A DNA stretch of 62,370 bases, filler included, from Rhabdomonas costata (lineage: Eukaryota): the NCBI GenBank assembly GCA_019059605.1. It is 37 parts of 37 records of this genome, joined end to end, with 100 filler letters (N's around TTAATTAATTAA, not from the genome) between each part and the next. Parts side by side here need not be neighbours in the genome. Positions count along the whole stretch, not along the records: positions 48,966 to 50,553 come from JAHMHO010012511.1; positions 50,654 to 52,241 come from JAHMHO010012512.1; positions 52,342 to 53,929 come from JAHMHO010012513.1; positions 54,030 to 55,618 come from JAHMHO010012514.1; positions 55,719 to 57,306 come from JAHMHO010012515.1; positions 57,407 to 58,994 come from JAHMHO010012516.1; positions 59,095 to 60,682 come from JAHMHO010012517.1; 30 more parts are not named here. The stretch is one strand, 5' to 3'. The stretch's first letter is position 1. The number at the start of each line of letters is the position of its first letter. Positions 49,094-60,477 of the stretch are shown here, piece after piece. A program made the position numbers and the translations under genes. A model generated the notes under the pieces. It did no database searches and had not been told where the DNA came from. It saw only the letters and a program-made list of their open reading frames with translations.

Positions 49094-52000
49094 GTAAACC
49101 AAAGGATGTAGTTGCTATGTACGGGCACACTCGCTTGCCAGCCGCGTCGTTTCATTCCTGCTGTCCTGTTCCTAGTGGTCTTCTGCCAGCCTTTTCCTGG
49201 TTTATCTTGTTTTGAATCTTGTTGTGCAGGTGTTTGCTTTGCTTGCTCCCCTTTGTTCAAACATCACCCCCCCCCCGGCTTTCCCTTCGGTCGCTCGCTC
49301 CCCTTTGTCTCGGGATTTTTCAGGCTTCGTGCGGTTTCATGAACCTTTCAGGGATGTGCCGTGTCACTCTGCACACTGCGCTCCGGTATGTTTCGTGGTA
49401 TCGGACGGCGCAGTGTATGGAGAGCGCCTCGCTATTGACAGATCGCCAACTCCGACTTTCTGTCGCGAATCTGACGCAGAGCGATAGCGCCGCAGACAGA
49501 TCAATTTGGATGTAAATATTCCGCGCGTGATTTGCGAATATGGGTGTTTCTATATCCTTTACAATTTCTGAAGTGATGTTGAGCAGCAGCAAAAGTGCTA
49601 ACCGCTGGAGGCTGGGAGGGATAGCTACTCGGGAATACCGACCTGTACTTACGTCCCTCTCAGTCATATGCAGCGTAAATGCTCCTGTTCTCTTTTCACT
49701 TCCCCTCCTGTCCACTGCCTTTCTTCCTTTTTCTTTTTGTGTTTTGCGCCTTGTCGTCGCGACCGTTCCCTCCATTCATTGCCTGTGTACTTGTTTCATT
49801 TGCCGTGTGTGTACATGCGAAAGGCTCTTCCTCCACCTCCTCCAAACCCCCACCTCCTCTACCGTACTCCACCCATCACTCTTTCATCTCCTGCCGTCGT
49901 TGTCCTTTCCTGCACGTCATTTAACCTGCAGTAACACCGCAGGGATGGAAAACGCTACGCTGCAGCATCCCCTCTGCACTCAGGCCACGTTCTCTTTGTT
50001 ATGTTCGTGACTAGTTCCATGCCGAAGCATACCGCGGTGGGACCGTTTGTGGTGGTTAGGAACACGGCGAGCTGAGTTTGCCTTTGTGGGCTTTGCGGCT
50101 TGGTCTTGGTTGGGTGAGACCGAGAGAGAGAAGCGATCTGCATCATTCAACCCCCTCACGCGGGGGGCACCTTCTTTCCGAACGTTTTTCCCCCTCCCCC
50201 CCTCGCGGATGCGACGGCGTTTTGAGGAAGGGGGATTGTGAACCTCCCATGCCTTTCTCAGCGCGCTATGTGCCCTGTGCAATGTCTCCTTCCGCTTGGG
50301 ACTCAATGGTTGCCTGCAAATCTGTGAAAGCTCAGTTTTTGCTTGCTGTCAGGATCTAAGCGAGGGCAGGTTGCGGGTGATGTTTCCAAAAGTTCGGCCG
50401 GACAATAAGTTGAGTTGAGGTTTTGAGATTTCCTGTCGTCACCCATGTTCACTTTCCAAGCTTCGAAGAATGAAAAGGGCGTTTTGACCCATTTCGATCC
50501 GATTTGATCCATACTCTGAACGGAGGAATTCTGCATCTTCCCACCACAACACCNNNNNNNNNNNNNNNNNNNNNNNNNNNNNNNNNNNNNNNNNNNNTTA
50601 ATTAATTAANNNNNNNNNNNNNNNNNNNNNNNNNNNNNNNNNNNNNNNNNNNNGTTGGGGGGTGGGATTTTTATTACGGTTACAGTTCTTTCTCTTATCG
50701 CTGTTGTGGGGGTTCTACCAGGTGGGCCTATCTGGCCTCTTCAGCCGACCTCCCGAACCTCACCAATCGTCGGGGGCCTCAGTGAAAATGGAGGGGTCCA
50801 CTTACTTCGGCCCAAAACCTCGCCCTATTCGCTGGGTGACATCCGACATTTCAAGGCCTTTTCGAGGGTCCCGGGCCCTTTTTGCGTTTACACGGGCTTG
50901 TAAGGACATTTTGTTTTTTGCACTGGCTTTGCATCGGGGCTTGGGCTTTATAAAAGAACTCTAGGCTGGCACACCGTCCGCCCACCTGCACGCCGGTGTT
51001 CCAGCAACTATTTTTGTTGTGGTTGGTCCTCGTATTCTTATTGAACTTGTGCCTGGGCTGGCTAGGTCTTCTTGCGTCAACGGAGTATCCTCCCAGGTGG
51101 TGACGGTGGTGCTCTAGTTCTTGGTGGTTCAAGCTCCGAACTGTTGCTGCCTTGCAAATGCTAGATAGGCAACACCATGGACCAAAAATATTCACCTCGC
51201 ACCCTACACAACGTCGGAAATGTGTTGCAACAGTTTTTACATGAACACAACACTGTAGCGACCATTGTGCGGAGAGAGGGCCCAAAAAAAAACAAAAAAA
51301 TTTCCTGAGCTCTTCCACGCCCGTGGCTTATCTTTTACATCCACAGTCCGAAAATTTGCTTTTCGCTTTGTGAGATACTTTTTTTCTTCACGTTTTTCGG
51401 AAACCCTGGATTTTATGTTTCATTTACATTTTAAGACTCTTTTACAAAAAAAACTGGCCAACCCTGACAAAGAGCAAAATTATTAGTCAGTTACCCCCTC
51501 CATTCCCTCCATCCCCAGTAATGACGCCGCCACTGAATTTCGCCCGTAAATTGTAATACTGATCCGCTATCAGTTGCCTTTTTGTAACAGCCGTGCTATT
51601 ATTTTGAACGGAGGACTTGTACTGTCCCAGTCACCCAAACCAGAAGAGAGCGTGGATAATGGCCAAGCAGCGTTGCACCGACTGCAAAAATTCAGTGTGG
51701 CGGCACTAAAAACACCAAAATTCAACGTTTCCCTTGCAAATGTCTTCAAAGTTCAGAGTCATGACCATAGTAAAAACGACAAAAATTCAAGATCCTTGAA
51801 AACTGGGCCAAAGTTTAACGTCAAAATTAAGAGTTCAAAGTTCAATGGCCGGCAGATCAAAGTTCAAGTCAATTGAATTTAGTTTTTAGGCACGAAATGC
51901 ACGGCAATGCGCCACCACAGTTCAGTGAATGGAACGTCAGCAAAAGCAAAGTCAAAAAAAGCCAACAGCCAACGGAATTTTCTAGTCAAAGTTCAGTTCA

Positions 52001-52345
52001 ACCTGGAGAGGGAAGATGTGCGGAAGAGTGATAATCGAAAGGGAAGAGGCCAAGTATCGTCTGGAGTTTTGTCCAAGAGTGTCTTCCAATGTGCCGAAAT
52101 TCATTCATTATCAAGGGGACTAACAATTTGCAGTCACAAGTCACAGGTCGCAGCGCGATTAAAAAAATTGTGCCCCCCCCCAAAAAAAATAGAGGACTTT
52201 ATACAGCGGTGCGATGGGGGGAGGGGCGCAGACAAAAACACNNNNNNNNNNNNNNNNNNNNNNNNNNNNNNNNNNNNNNNNNNNNTTAATTAATTAANNN
52301 NNNNNNNNNNNNNNNNNNNNNNNNNNNNNNNNNNNNNNNNNTTTT

Positions 52346-53725
52346 GGGGTAATGATTGGCCTTCCTGGGCAGACCCTGCGTGACCTCGCCCAGGACTTGG
52401 TGTTCTTCCGCGAGGAAGGCGTGGATATGATCGGAATGGGTATGCATTTTGTCAACCCTACCCCGCTCTACTCCTCTACCGTGCTCAGCAATGGTGGTCA
52501 ATGTGACACAGTAAGGTCCTCATTTTAGTAGCAGGTGTGCTCTTGTAAAAATTTGTACCACAGTGGGCTCACTCACTCACCGCTCTCCTTTACGGTGCTG
52601 TGCCTTAGTCTGGGGGTAAAAGTCAAGTTATTTCTCAACGGGGCGACCGCAGCGCTGGGGACAATGTCGGCAGGTTATCATACTTCACATATCTCTCACC
52701 CAGCCTGTTTTGTTCCAGACCCAAGCGGTTGTTTTGAAGGTGGTTGTGGCGTTTCATTCCTTCGCTATTGAAGCGGACCTTCCCTTTTCGTGCGTGTGCA
52801 TCGTCCGCCCCTGGCTGCAGGCAGGGCACCTAACCAGAGGACACCGAGTGCTCAGTTGCCCGAGTTGTAATCTGTGGGTAAAGCCCCGTCACGGGCCACA
52901 AGAACTTCCCCACCACTACTAGTACGCTGGTAGAGAACGTGATCAACCTCATGGTCCTGTCCCCAATGGGTGTGGTGTGAATGTGCATGGGGGGGGGGTG
53001 CTCAGGTCCCTATATCCCAGCCCCCGGTACCCCTGTGGCGGGGATGTGGAAGGACGCCGTGGACCAGAGCGGGCGTGAGGTGAAGTCCATCCAGATGGAC
53101 CTCTTTGAGCTGACCACCCAGATGATCGCCCTCGCACGGGTCACCATGGGCAACGTCAACCTGGCCGCCACCACAGGCAAACCGCCCCTCCGTACATGCT
53201 CACCCTCACACTTAGATACCTGGCGACACTTGCTCAGAGCAGAGGGCTTCAGTTGTCAGCACAGTTACACTGAGTATATGTGCCTCCCTCCGGGGCTGGC
53301 GTGTCCTTCACTACACCAGCCTAAGTTGCTGAAGTCTTCCAACAATACATCACACTTCACGATGTCACCGCATGCCTGCGGCCCTTTTTTGTCCTTTCCT
53401 CTTTTCCACCTCCCTTTCTTCGCCCACTTGGCGGAGCAGACTGTTTCCCCATAGATGCCTTTTCAGGATACAGATTTGGCATCTGGACAAGTTTTTCATT
53501 TTGTTATGCACCTTCTGAGCGTCCTGAAGTCGATTTTCTGAGACAAAGTTAGCCCGTTTCTTTATGCTCAGCCCTGCAGGCGCTCAACGGCTCTGGCCGC
53601 GAGCTGGCGCTGCAGCGGGGTGCCAACGTGCTGATGCCCATCCTGACCCCGACGAAGTACCGCTCCAACTACCAGCTCTATGAGGGCAAGCCCTGCATCA
53701 CGGACACCGCGACCCAGTGCCGAAG
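52346..53725 (+). CDS. hydE: [FeFe]-hydrogenase H-cluster maturase HydE (radical SAM), C-terminal half; exons 52346-52439, 53006-53176, 53572-53725
   Basis: GVMIGLPGQTLRDLAQDLVFFREEGVDMIGMGPYIPAPGTP...MIALARVTMGNVNLAATTALQAL...GRELALQRGANVLMPILTPTKYRSNYQLYEGKPCITDTATQCR has the GLPGQT, DMIGMGP, ATTAL, GANVxMP and YxLYxGK motifs of HydE. Confidence 0.93.
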
Positions 53726-54429
53726 GTTTCGTCCCCTCCATCGCCTTCTTCGGCAATGCCCCCTCACCGGAACGACGCAGTAGAATCCCAACTGTGCCCG
53801 CTTACTGTGACACGCGGTGCTGAATCGGCTTGACCGACGATGTCCTAGGTATGCGATGGGTTCAGTTGGCTCCTTGCCAGCGGGATTCAACATACATCAT
53901 CAGCTCATCAGCCCATCAATACTCCCCGCNNNNNNNNNNNNNNNNNNNNNNNNNNNNNNNNNNNNNNNNNNNNTTAATTAATTAANNNNNNNNNNNNNNN
54001 NNNNNNNNNNNNNNNNNNNNNNNNNNNNNTTTTTGTTGAAGCACTCGGCTGGGCTTGAGTTTCAGCATCCAACTTCGTCTTAATCCACCCGCTTTCGACC
54101 CACTTTCGTCATGGCACATTTTTATACCCTCAAAAGTCACGGCACAACAGTTCGGGTAGGACAGAACCAAAATGTCGAAGACAAAAGGGAACGGAAGTGG
54201 GCAGGGACCCCAGGGCGAGGAAGGGCGTCCACGGTACAGAGACAGCCATCAAGACAAAGGAAGGGAAGAAAGAAAATGTACGTACATACGTACATACGGT
54301 GTAGCAGAGGGTGGTGGAGAAATGGGAGAGGGATGGAGGGAAAGAGACCTGCAAGGATCGCGGAAGCTTGGCCATGGGAACAGAGCCCGCAAAAACAGAG
54401 GAGTGCAGCGTCAGCGTGGTCAGCAGAAC

Positions 54430-54796
54430 CATGGAGAGGGCGCTGAAATTCAGAGTACTCCTCGTCAACGCAACGCTCGTATGAGAACACTTCTCAGGAG
54501 AGAGACTGAGGCCCAATGGGACGGAGCTGGGGCCAGGGCCGCAAGTGATGCCCACCCAGGGCTGGAGGCATGGATACCTGCCCCCACCATAATCAAACTC
54601 CCCCAGCCGATAACGGCCCAGCTAAGGTCAACGAACATCCCACCGCGGAAGGGAAACATAAAGATAGAAACACACGTCTGGCGCTTCCAGAGGTTGGACC
54701 AAGATCCCAAACAAAACGGGGAATTTCGCGCTATATACCGGTAATTGCATAAGACTGGGCTGCACCACTTCCACATATAGCAGGCTCCACCGTAAA
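54430..54796 (-). CDS. Possible LRR N-terminal cap (LRRNT_2-like) exons 54796-54739 and 54577-54430
   Basis: Spliced YGGACYMWKWCSPVLCNYRYPCLQPWVGITC resembles W.....PC..W.GITC. Confidence 0.3.
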
Positions 54797-55529
54797 CTGA
54801 GACTTTCGTCGGAGCAGTTTAAGCACTGTGTTTTAGGGCTGAGCGGCACTAAATCTGGGCAGTCAGTGTGTCGGCTGATGTTTGGTGTTGAAGGTGCACA
54901 CCTTCCACCCGAAACACGTCTATTTCATCTTCAAAACGACTGATCCTGAGGCCGAAACTTCGCCTTTGCACTGTGCACCTAAAAGCCTGAAAGGACTGGA
55001 GATTTACTCCTAAAAATCCCCGCGCCTTCGGCGCGCAAAGCTCCTTTCCATTACCGTATTTTGCCTCCCAGGTCAAAACCTCATCTACGGGCTGCGCTTA
55101 TCTCCACGTACACTACATTTTTGACACCAGCGGCTTAAAAACAGGGTGAAAAGACTTCTGTTCGGAATGTTACAGACTAATCTCTCAGTTTCCGGGTGGA
55201 GCTAGCCTTATAATATTAGTAGGCACCCCAGGGCACGTTCCTGCCCAGCCGCCCGCTCCGGCGGCCGCTTTGGTGGCCTTCGCCCCTAAATAAGTGCGTC
55301 CTGCTCGTCCACCAATATCCCAGCCGTAGGTCGATCCTTTGTCAGCACGAGATATGACGTGCAAAGGAACACCACAACCGGCCGAGGGTGAAAGTTCAGG
55401 AAACCCCAAGCCCTAAGGACCGGGCAATACACAGCGTTACGGGAGGCCTGCCCCCTTACATTAGAGTAGAGTTATTTCATTTTATTGCGTCAGATACCTA
55501 ACCTTTTGCAAATTACCAAGTTTCCCACA

Positions 55530-55610
55530 ACCACTGGTAACCGTGACCACTTGCGGTTGCCATTGGTAACGGCTACCATTGGTAACAATTATCAGTGGTA
55601 GCCGTCGCCA
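55530..55610. repeat. Degenerate tandem array with about 16-bp period and a palindromic TACCANTGGTA core
   Basis: ACCACTGGTAACCGTG / ACCACTTGCGGTTG / CCATTGGTAACGGCTA / CCATTGGTAACAATTA / TCAGTGGTAGCCGTCG. Confidence 0.7.
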
Positions 55611-56088
55611 ACACCCCCNNNNNNNNNNNNNNNNNNNNNNNNNNNNNNNNNNNNNNNNNNNNTTAATTAATTAANNNNNNNNNNNNNNNNNNNNNNNNNN
55701 NNNNNNNNNNNNNNNNNNGGGTTGTTTTATGGACGGGTCACCACAGATCTGCGTAAAATTTCAAAATGCAAAATTTTATAGCACCGCTTCAAAAAAAATT
55801 TTGCATTTTGAAATTTTACGCAGATCTGTGGTGACCCGTCCATAAAAAAATACAAAATAAGAAAAATATTGGGGAGTCCCTTCACAAAATTTACCTTTCT
55901 TTCCATTATTTTGTTTCGTTTCGGTTCGGTTCGGTTCGGTGTGTACAAGAGATACCAGTCCATGCGAGTCGCGAACCGATAAGACAATTCTTACAAAAAT
56001 AGAGCGAAAATATGGAACTAGAGGAAAATATGGCAAAAAAAAATTAGGTCAGGGCACTGCAAACAAAGAAACAGAAGGGGAGCTCAAC

Positions 56089-57263
56089 CTCAACATCTTT
56101 TTTCGTGCTTCGACCCTGAGCAGGCTCGTCGGTGTCCACAACCACGGCATTGAAGTAGTTGATGCTCTTTTCCACAAACGTTGTTCTTCACCGAGAAACG
56201 ACCACGGGGAATGGGACGAAAGGTTAGGAAAACACCTCAAGCATGTGAAAATCCCGAAACTGCTCATTTACAGAACCGAAACAAACCGAGCAAGAATGAA
56301 AAATCCACACCTGTCACAAGAGAGGTCGATCCACCCACGAAGTGATTTTGAACAAAAGTATTCGTCCTGGTAATCCGGCACTTTTTCAGCAAACTCACGA
56401 GCCGTGTTGAAGTCCCCTTGTCACAAAGCAAAAAAAAATTCCTCAACTCGCGCGAGAGAAAAATCGTGCACAGAGTGGCAGGCATGACAATCATCACAAA
56501 ATGGTTCTGAAGGTGCATATAAGCCCCCCACTTCAGTCTACTCTACTGTGGGTATTCCTGAGGGTGCGGGGGGTTCGGTAGAAATGCACGGGTTTCTTGA
56601 TATTCTAACGTAGTAATTTGCAGGGGGTTAGGTGGCGATGCACTTGCACCCTGGGACATGCAGCATGAATCTGCATGTCCCATGCAAAAAGCTGGCAAAG
56701 CAAATACGGAGCGCATGCCCAAGGACACAAATGAACCACCTGAATGCCAGTAAAACATCGCAGTCAAAAGAAGAGCTTGCTCCGGAGCATTCTTGTCTTG
56801 TAACCGTTCCTCCAGAGCTCTCACTGCTTCTTGGTCTGTGGATGTTCGGATGGGTAGGTGAAAACAAGGAACATTGAACAGGTGAGCACAAACGAAGGCC
56901 ACATCGAACTCTCACAACACCTGTGAGCTTGCAACGCTTGTGCGCATGAAGCATCGCAGCATTTAAGGCATACTGAACTTCACGTTTTCCATCCAGCAAA
57001 GAGTATTCCCGAAGAGCTTCCGTTGGACTTCCTGTGGAATCAGGTGAGAGTTCACAAGTTGAAAACAAATCAACACCGCTCTTAATGCCGAATTAAAGTA
57101 CAAATAAAGTATGAACTGAAAACAAAAAAACAACAAAATCTTCAGAGGTCAGGAACCTTCCATGTCGATGGCCCAGGCTTTCCAGAAGCGGAAAATGGGA
57201 TCCTCCCCACGCTTGGAGATGGCGTCATTGCACACTGACTGAATGTGCCGGTGAAGGCCCTCC
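56089..57263 (-). CDS. IFT139: Intraflagellar transport protein IFT139/TTC21B, N-terminal TPR region; exons 57263-57157, 57031-56921, 56835-56740, 56416-56311, 56185-56089
   Basis: EGLHRHIQSVCNDAISKRGEDPIFRFWKAWAIDMEGSPTEALREY...AMLHAHKRCKLTDQEAV...MFYWHSGDFNTAREF...LRGWIDL...KSINYF follows the TTC21B N-terminus (DPVFRF, EALREF, AHK, D.EAI, KAWLDI) across five in-phase exons. Confidence 0.9.
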
Positions 57264-59236
57264 CTAAAAAAAAGACAAAATAGGAAAACCGAAAGGCAAC
57301 CACAACNNNNNNNNNNNNNNNNNNNNNNNNNNNNNNNNNNNNNNNNNNNNTTAATTAATTAANNNNNNNNNNNNNNNNNNNNNNNNNNNNNNNNNNNNNN
57401 NNNNNNATTTTATGCCGTGTCTGTGTGGGTTGCGTGTTGCGGTGGGCGTTTGCTTGGATAAAGGATAACAGGGGTTGTAATGCGACAGCGCGGGTCCGAA
57501 GGACCTCCCCTCGGTTTTAGGTGTTGTCCGCATCTTCCAACAAAGCGGCTTCTGAGGAGAGTGACTTGATGAGAAGCCCGCCTGGAGCAAGCGGAAACGA
57601 GCGACGTCCCAACAGATTCATTCCCTTCTGCGTGTTTATGTGAGTGTGGGTGGGTGGATGGGTGGGTGGTTTGGTGATCGGGTCCGCTAGTTCACGTCCG
57701 GCGCCGAGCCACGTGATCACTTTGTGACTAGTTTTTCTGTTTTCGATGGGAATGTGTTCTCGAATATCGTGTATTCGTATAGACCGCCGCCCAGGCTCCA
57801 CTTCCGCTGGGCTCATACCAGGGCAGGGATTTTTTATCAAGCTCTTTAATGTGTTCTGACTCACTCACTCACTTTTGACTACTTCCAGTTGGGTGTTGCG
57901 ATGGGATAGTCGAGATGATCGGGGTGGGAGATTTGTTGTGGGGTGACGTGGGTTGCCTCTCTTGTCCGAATTCCTTATTGGGCATGGAAGTTAGGCTCTT
58001 GCAAATGGTTTCCCCCGCACTCATCACCACTTGCCCCCGTGAGGTGTGTGGTTTGTCCACCTGTGCTGTACTTTATTCACCGCGGATCCACGGATCCACG
58101 CGTACTGCGAGTGTGTGTGTGTGTGTGCCCCTGTACTTAAGCTCGTGGCGCCCGAAAAGGTTGCCTTTTTTGTTTTATCTGTGAAGTGACTGTCCTAAAC
58201 GTGCGGATAGAGCTGAAAGGATACTCGGGGGAAGACAGACGTTTTGCTTGTGGGAGGAAGGGGGCTTCGTTTTCTGTGGTTTTGTTACCTCTTTCTTTTC
58301 ATTGATGCATCGCGGTTGGCCTTTCCACACAGTGGTTGACCTTCCCACCGTTCTACTTTTTTGGATGCCAGAGTGCTACCTCCTGTCCCTTTCTCTCACG
58401 CAAGCTGCTGCTAAGTTCAAGAACTCGCTCCCTCACCGGCTCATTGGCCCGCGCGGTCGAGTTTGGGCTTCTTGTAGTTTTTTCACTGTCCTTGGAGACT
58501 TTTTTGACAATATATACACCTAACAACTGCAATTGTTGACACATATGTCCGCCCACACACGGCAGTACCTTTACGGGTACTACCCTTCACAGGCATTTCT
58601 GCCCACCCTCCCCTCCCCCCCGTGGTCTGCCTGGTAGTCCTGACCTTCGCTTTTCCCTCTTCGGCGAGGAAGATCTACACAGACTGTTTCTCAATCACTT
58701 CTCGATCCAGCGACACAGTCGGTTTCTAGGGTTTGTGGGATTTGCCTTTTGCTCTCCAAAGGTGATGTGGCTCTGTGGCCGGCTGTAGTTTTTGTGATGG
58801 GGCAACCCATTGAGTGCGGCGTTTACTGCGGATGGTTTCATCGCAGCCCTGTAGTTTTAGGTTTTTTGCACAGTGAGGCCCCCCTGACCCCTTTATCGGA
58901 ACCCCTGAAGGGTTGCCGACGAATCCGGTGACACAGCAGCTGGTATGATCGACCCCAGGCAGACATGGAGCAGAAGGGCAAAGAAAAACCAACANNNNNN
59001 NNNNNNNNNNNNNNNNNNNNNNNNNNNNNNNNNNNNNNTTAATTAATTAANNNNNNNNNNNNNNNNNNNNNNNNNNNNNNNNNNNNNNNNNNNNGGTGGT
59101 GTGGTGAAAGCCACCTGTTGACTTCATTACGTTTGTGCCTTCAATGAATTCCAGTCCACCAGACCAGCCAAAGTTGCCCCTACCTGAGCTTTCGGGAAAG
59201 CCGGGGGCTTTTTAGCAGTTATTTATGTTGTGCCAG

Positions 59237-60477
59237 GGCAAAAGGACCCGAGGTTTGCGCGGCTGCGGCCCCCCACGCGGCAGATTGTACTCCTGGGGTG
59301 CCCCCGGGAGCTCACCCTGGCCCACGTCCGCCAGCACTACGGCACGATTCTCGGCGACGATGCTGCCGTCTCGCAGGTCGTTTGGCGGGTTGGCCACGAC
59401 GGTGAGTACGACGGCACCGGTGTGGAAGAATATGCATGCCGTGCGCTTCTATACACATATCGCATCGAGTGGACATTTTTGGATCGCTATCCCATGGGGC
59501 ATTCCGAGTGTAGCAGGGTAAGGATCGTCAGCAAGAATCTCCCGGATCTTCACCACTGGTAACTAGGATGGTCATGGACACCCTTCCCCACCAGTCTTTT
59601 TGAACTCTTCGCGGTCTACGACGCTTTGCTTCTGACGATCCGAGCTTTTGGGTATTGTGACTGGACTGCTTCTGTCTTCTGGGGATGGTTATCACAGTCA
59701 CAATCATCGTCGCAACCCAAGCCCACTTCCCACCATGATGGATGTAATATGGGAGTAAATGCCAACTGGCCCCCCCTCATCCTACCTTCATGTGAAGCAA
59801 ATGACGTCAGCCATTAAAAGTATCATGAAGAAAAAGGGACAAGGGAGAACTTAGACCCCCCCCCCCATTCAAAAATGTGTAGTGAAGGCCACGCATCTAT
59901 AGCGATGGCAAAATCCCGTATTGCAAAAGAAGGGGGGTTAGAAGACGCTGCAAGCCCAAAATCCCAGGTGCTTGGAGCATTATGTCCCATTCGTTGATTG
60001 TTACACTTATATTTACTAGGAGGGGAGGGGCGTTTGGTAGATGCACATACGAATCGCTCTGTTAAACATCATGTTGCCGTGAGATTATAATGAATTTCCT
60101 ACTGCCCTGTTGCCGTGATACTTTTGCCTTTGGATTGTGCCGTAGCGAAGCCCGTTTTCTCTCTCGCATTTGCTGTGACCGGTGGTGCTGTGTGTGTATG
60201 TGTGGCTGTTGCGGGCCCCCACCTAAACTCGAACGGGGCGTTCTTTCAGCCTACGTCGCGTTCAGCAGCCAAGCCTATGCCCGCCGTGCTGCGGACGTGG
60301 AGCCCCCCACCTGCCCTGAGACCGGCGTCCGAGTGGAGCAGTATGCAAGCGTGGTTGAAGCTCCCTCTCTCACCGTTTGGTTTTCCCTTGCTACGCCCCG
60401 GGCTCCGTTCTGGTTCCAGGTTTGACATCGAAAGTAACTTCTCATTTGGAGATGACCGTCCCCGACAAAGCAGCAGG
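59237..60477 (+). CDS. RRM-domain RNA-binding protein; exons 59237-59419, 60250-60340, 60420 to about 60477
   Basis: RNP2-like IVLLGCP; splicing rebuilds RNP1-like DGTAYVAFSSQAYARRA. Confidence 0.7.

Noticed and set aside
51270-51466. hAT-like terminus TGGCCAACCCTG after a T-rich tract
   Set aside because: No matching opposite TIR or TSD found in the contig.
42211-53725. FNT, succinyl-CoA synthetase and HydE as an anaerobic gene cluster
   Set aside because: They are on separate contigs apparently ordered by length; there is no physical linkage.
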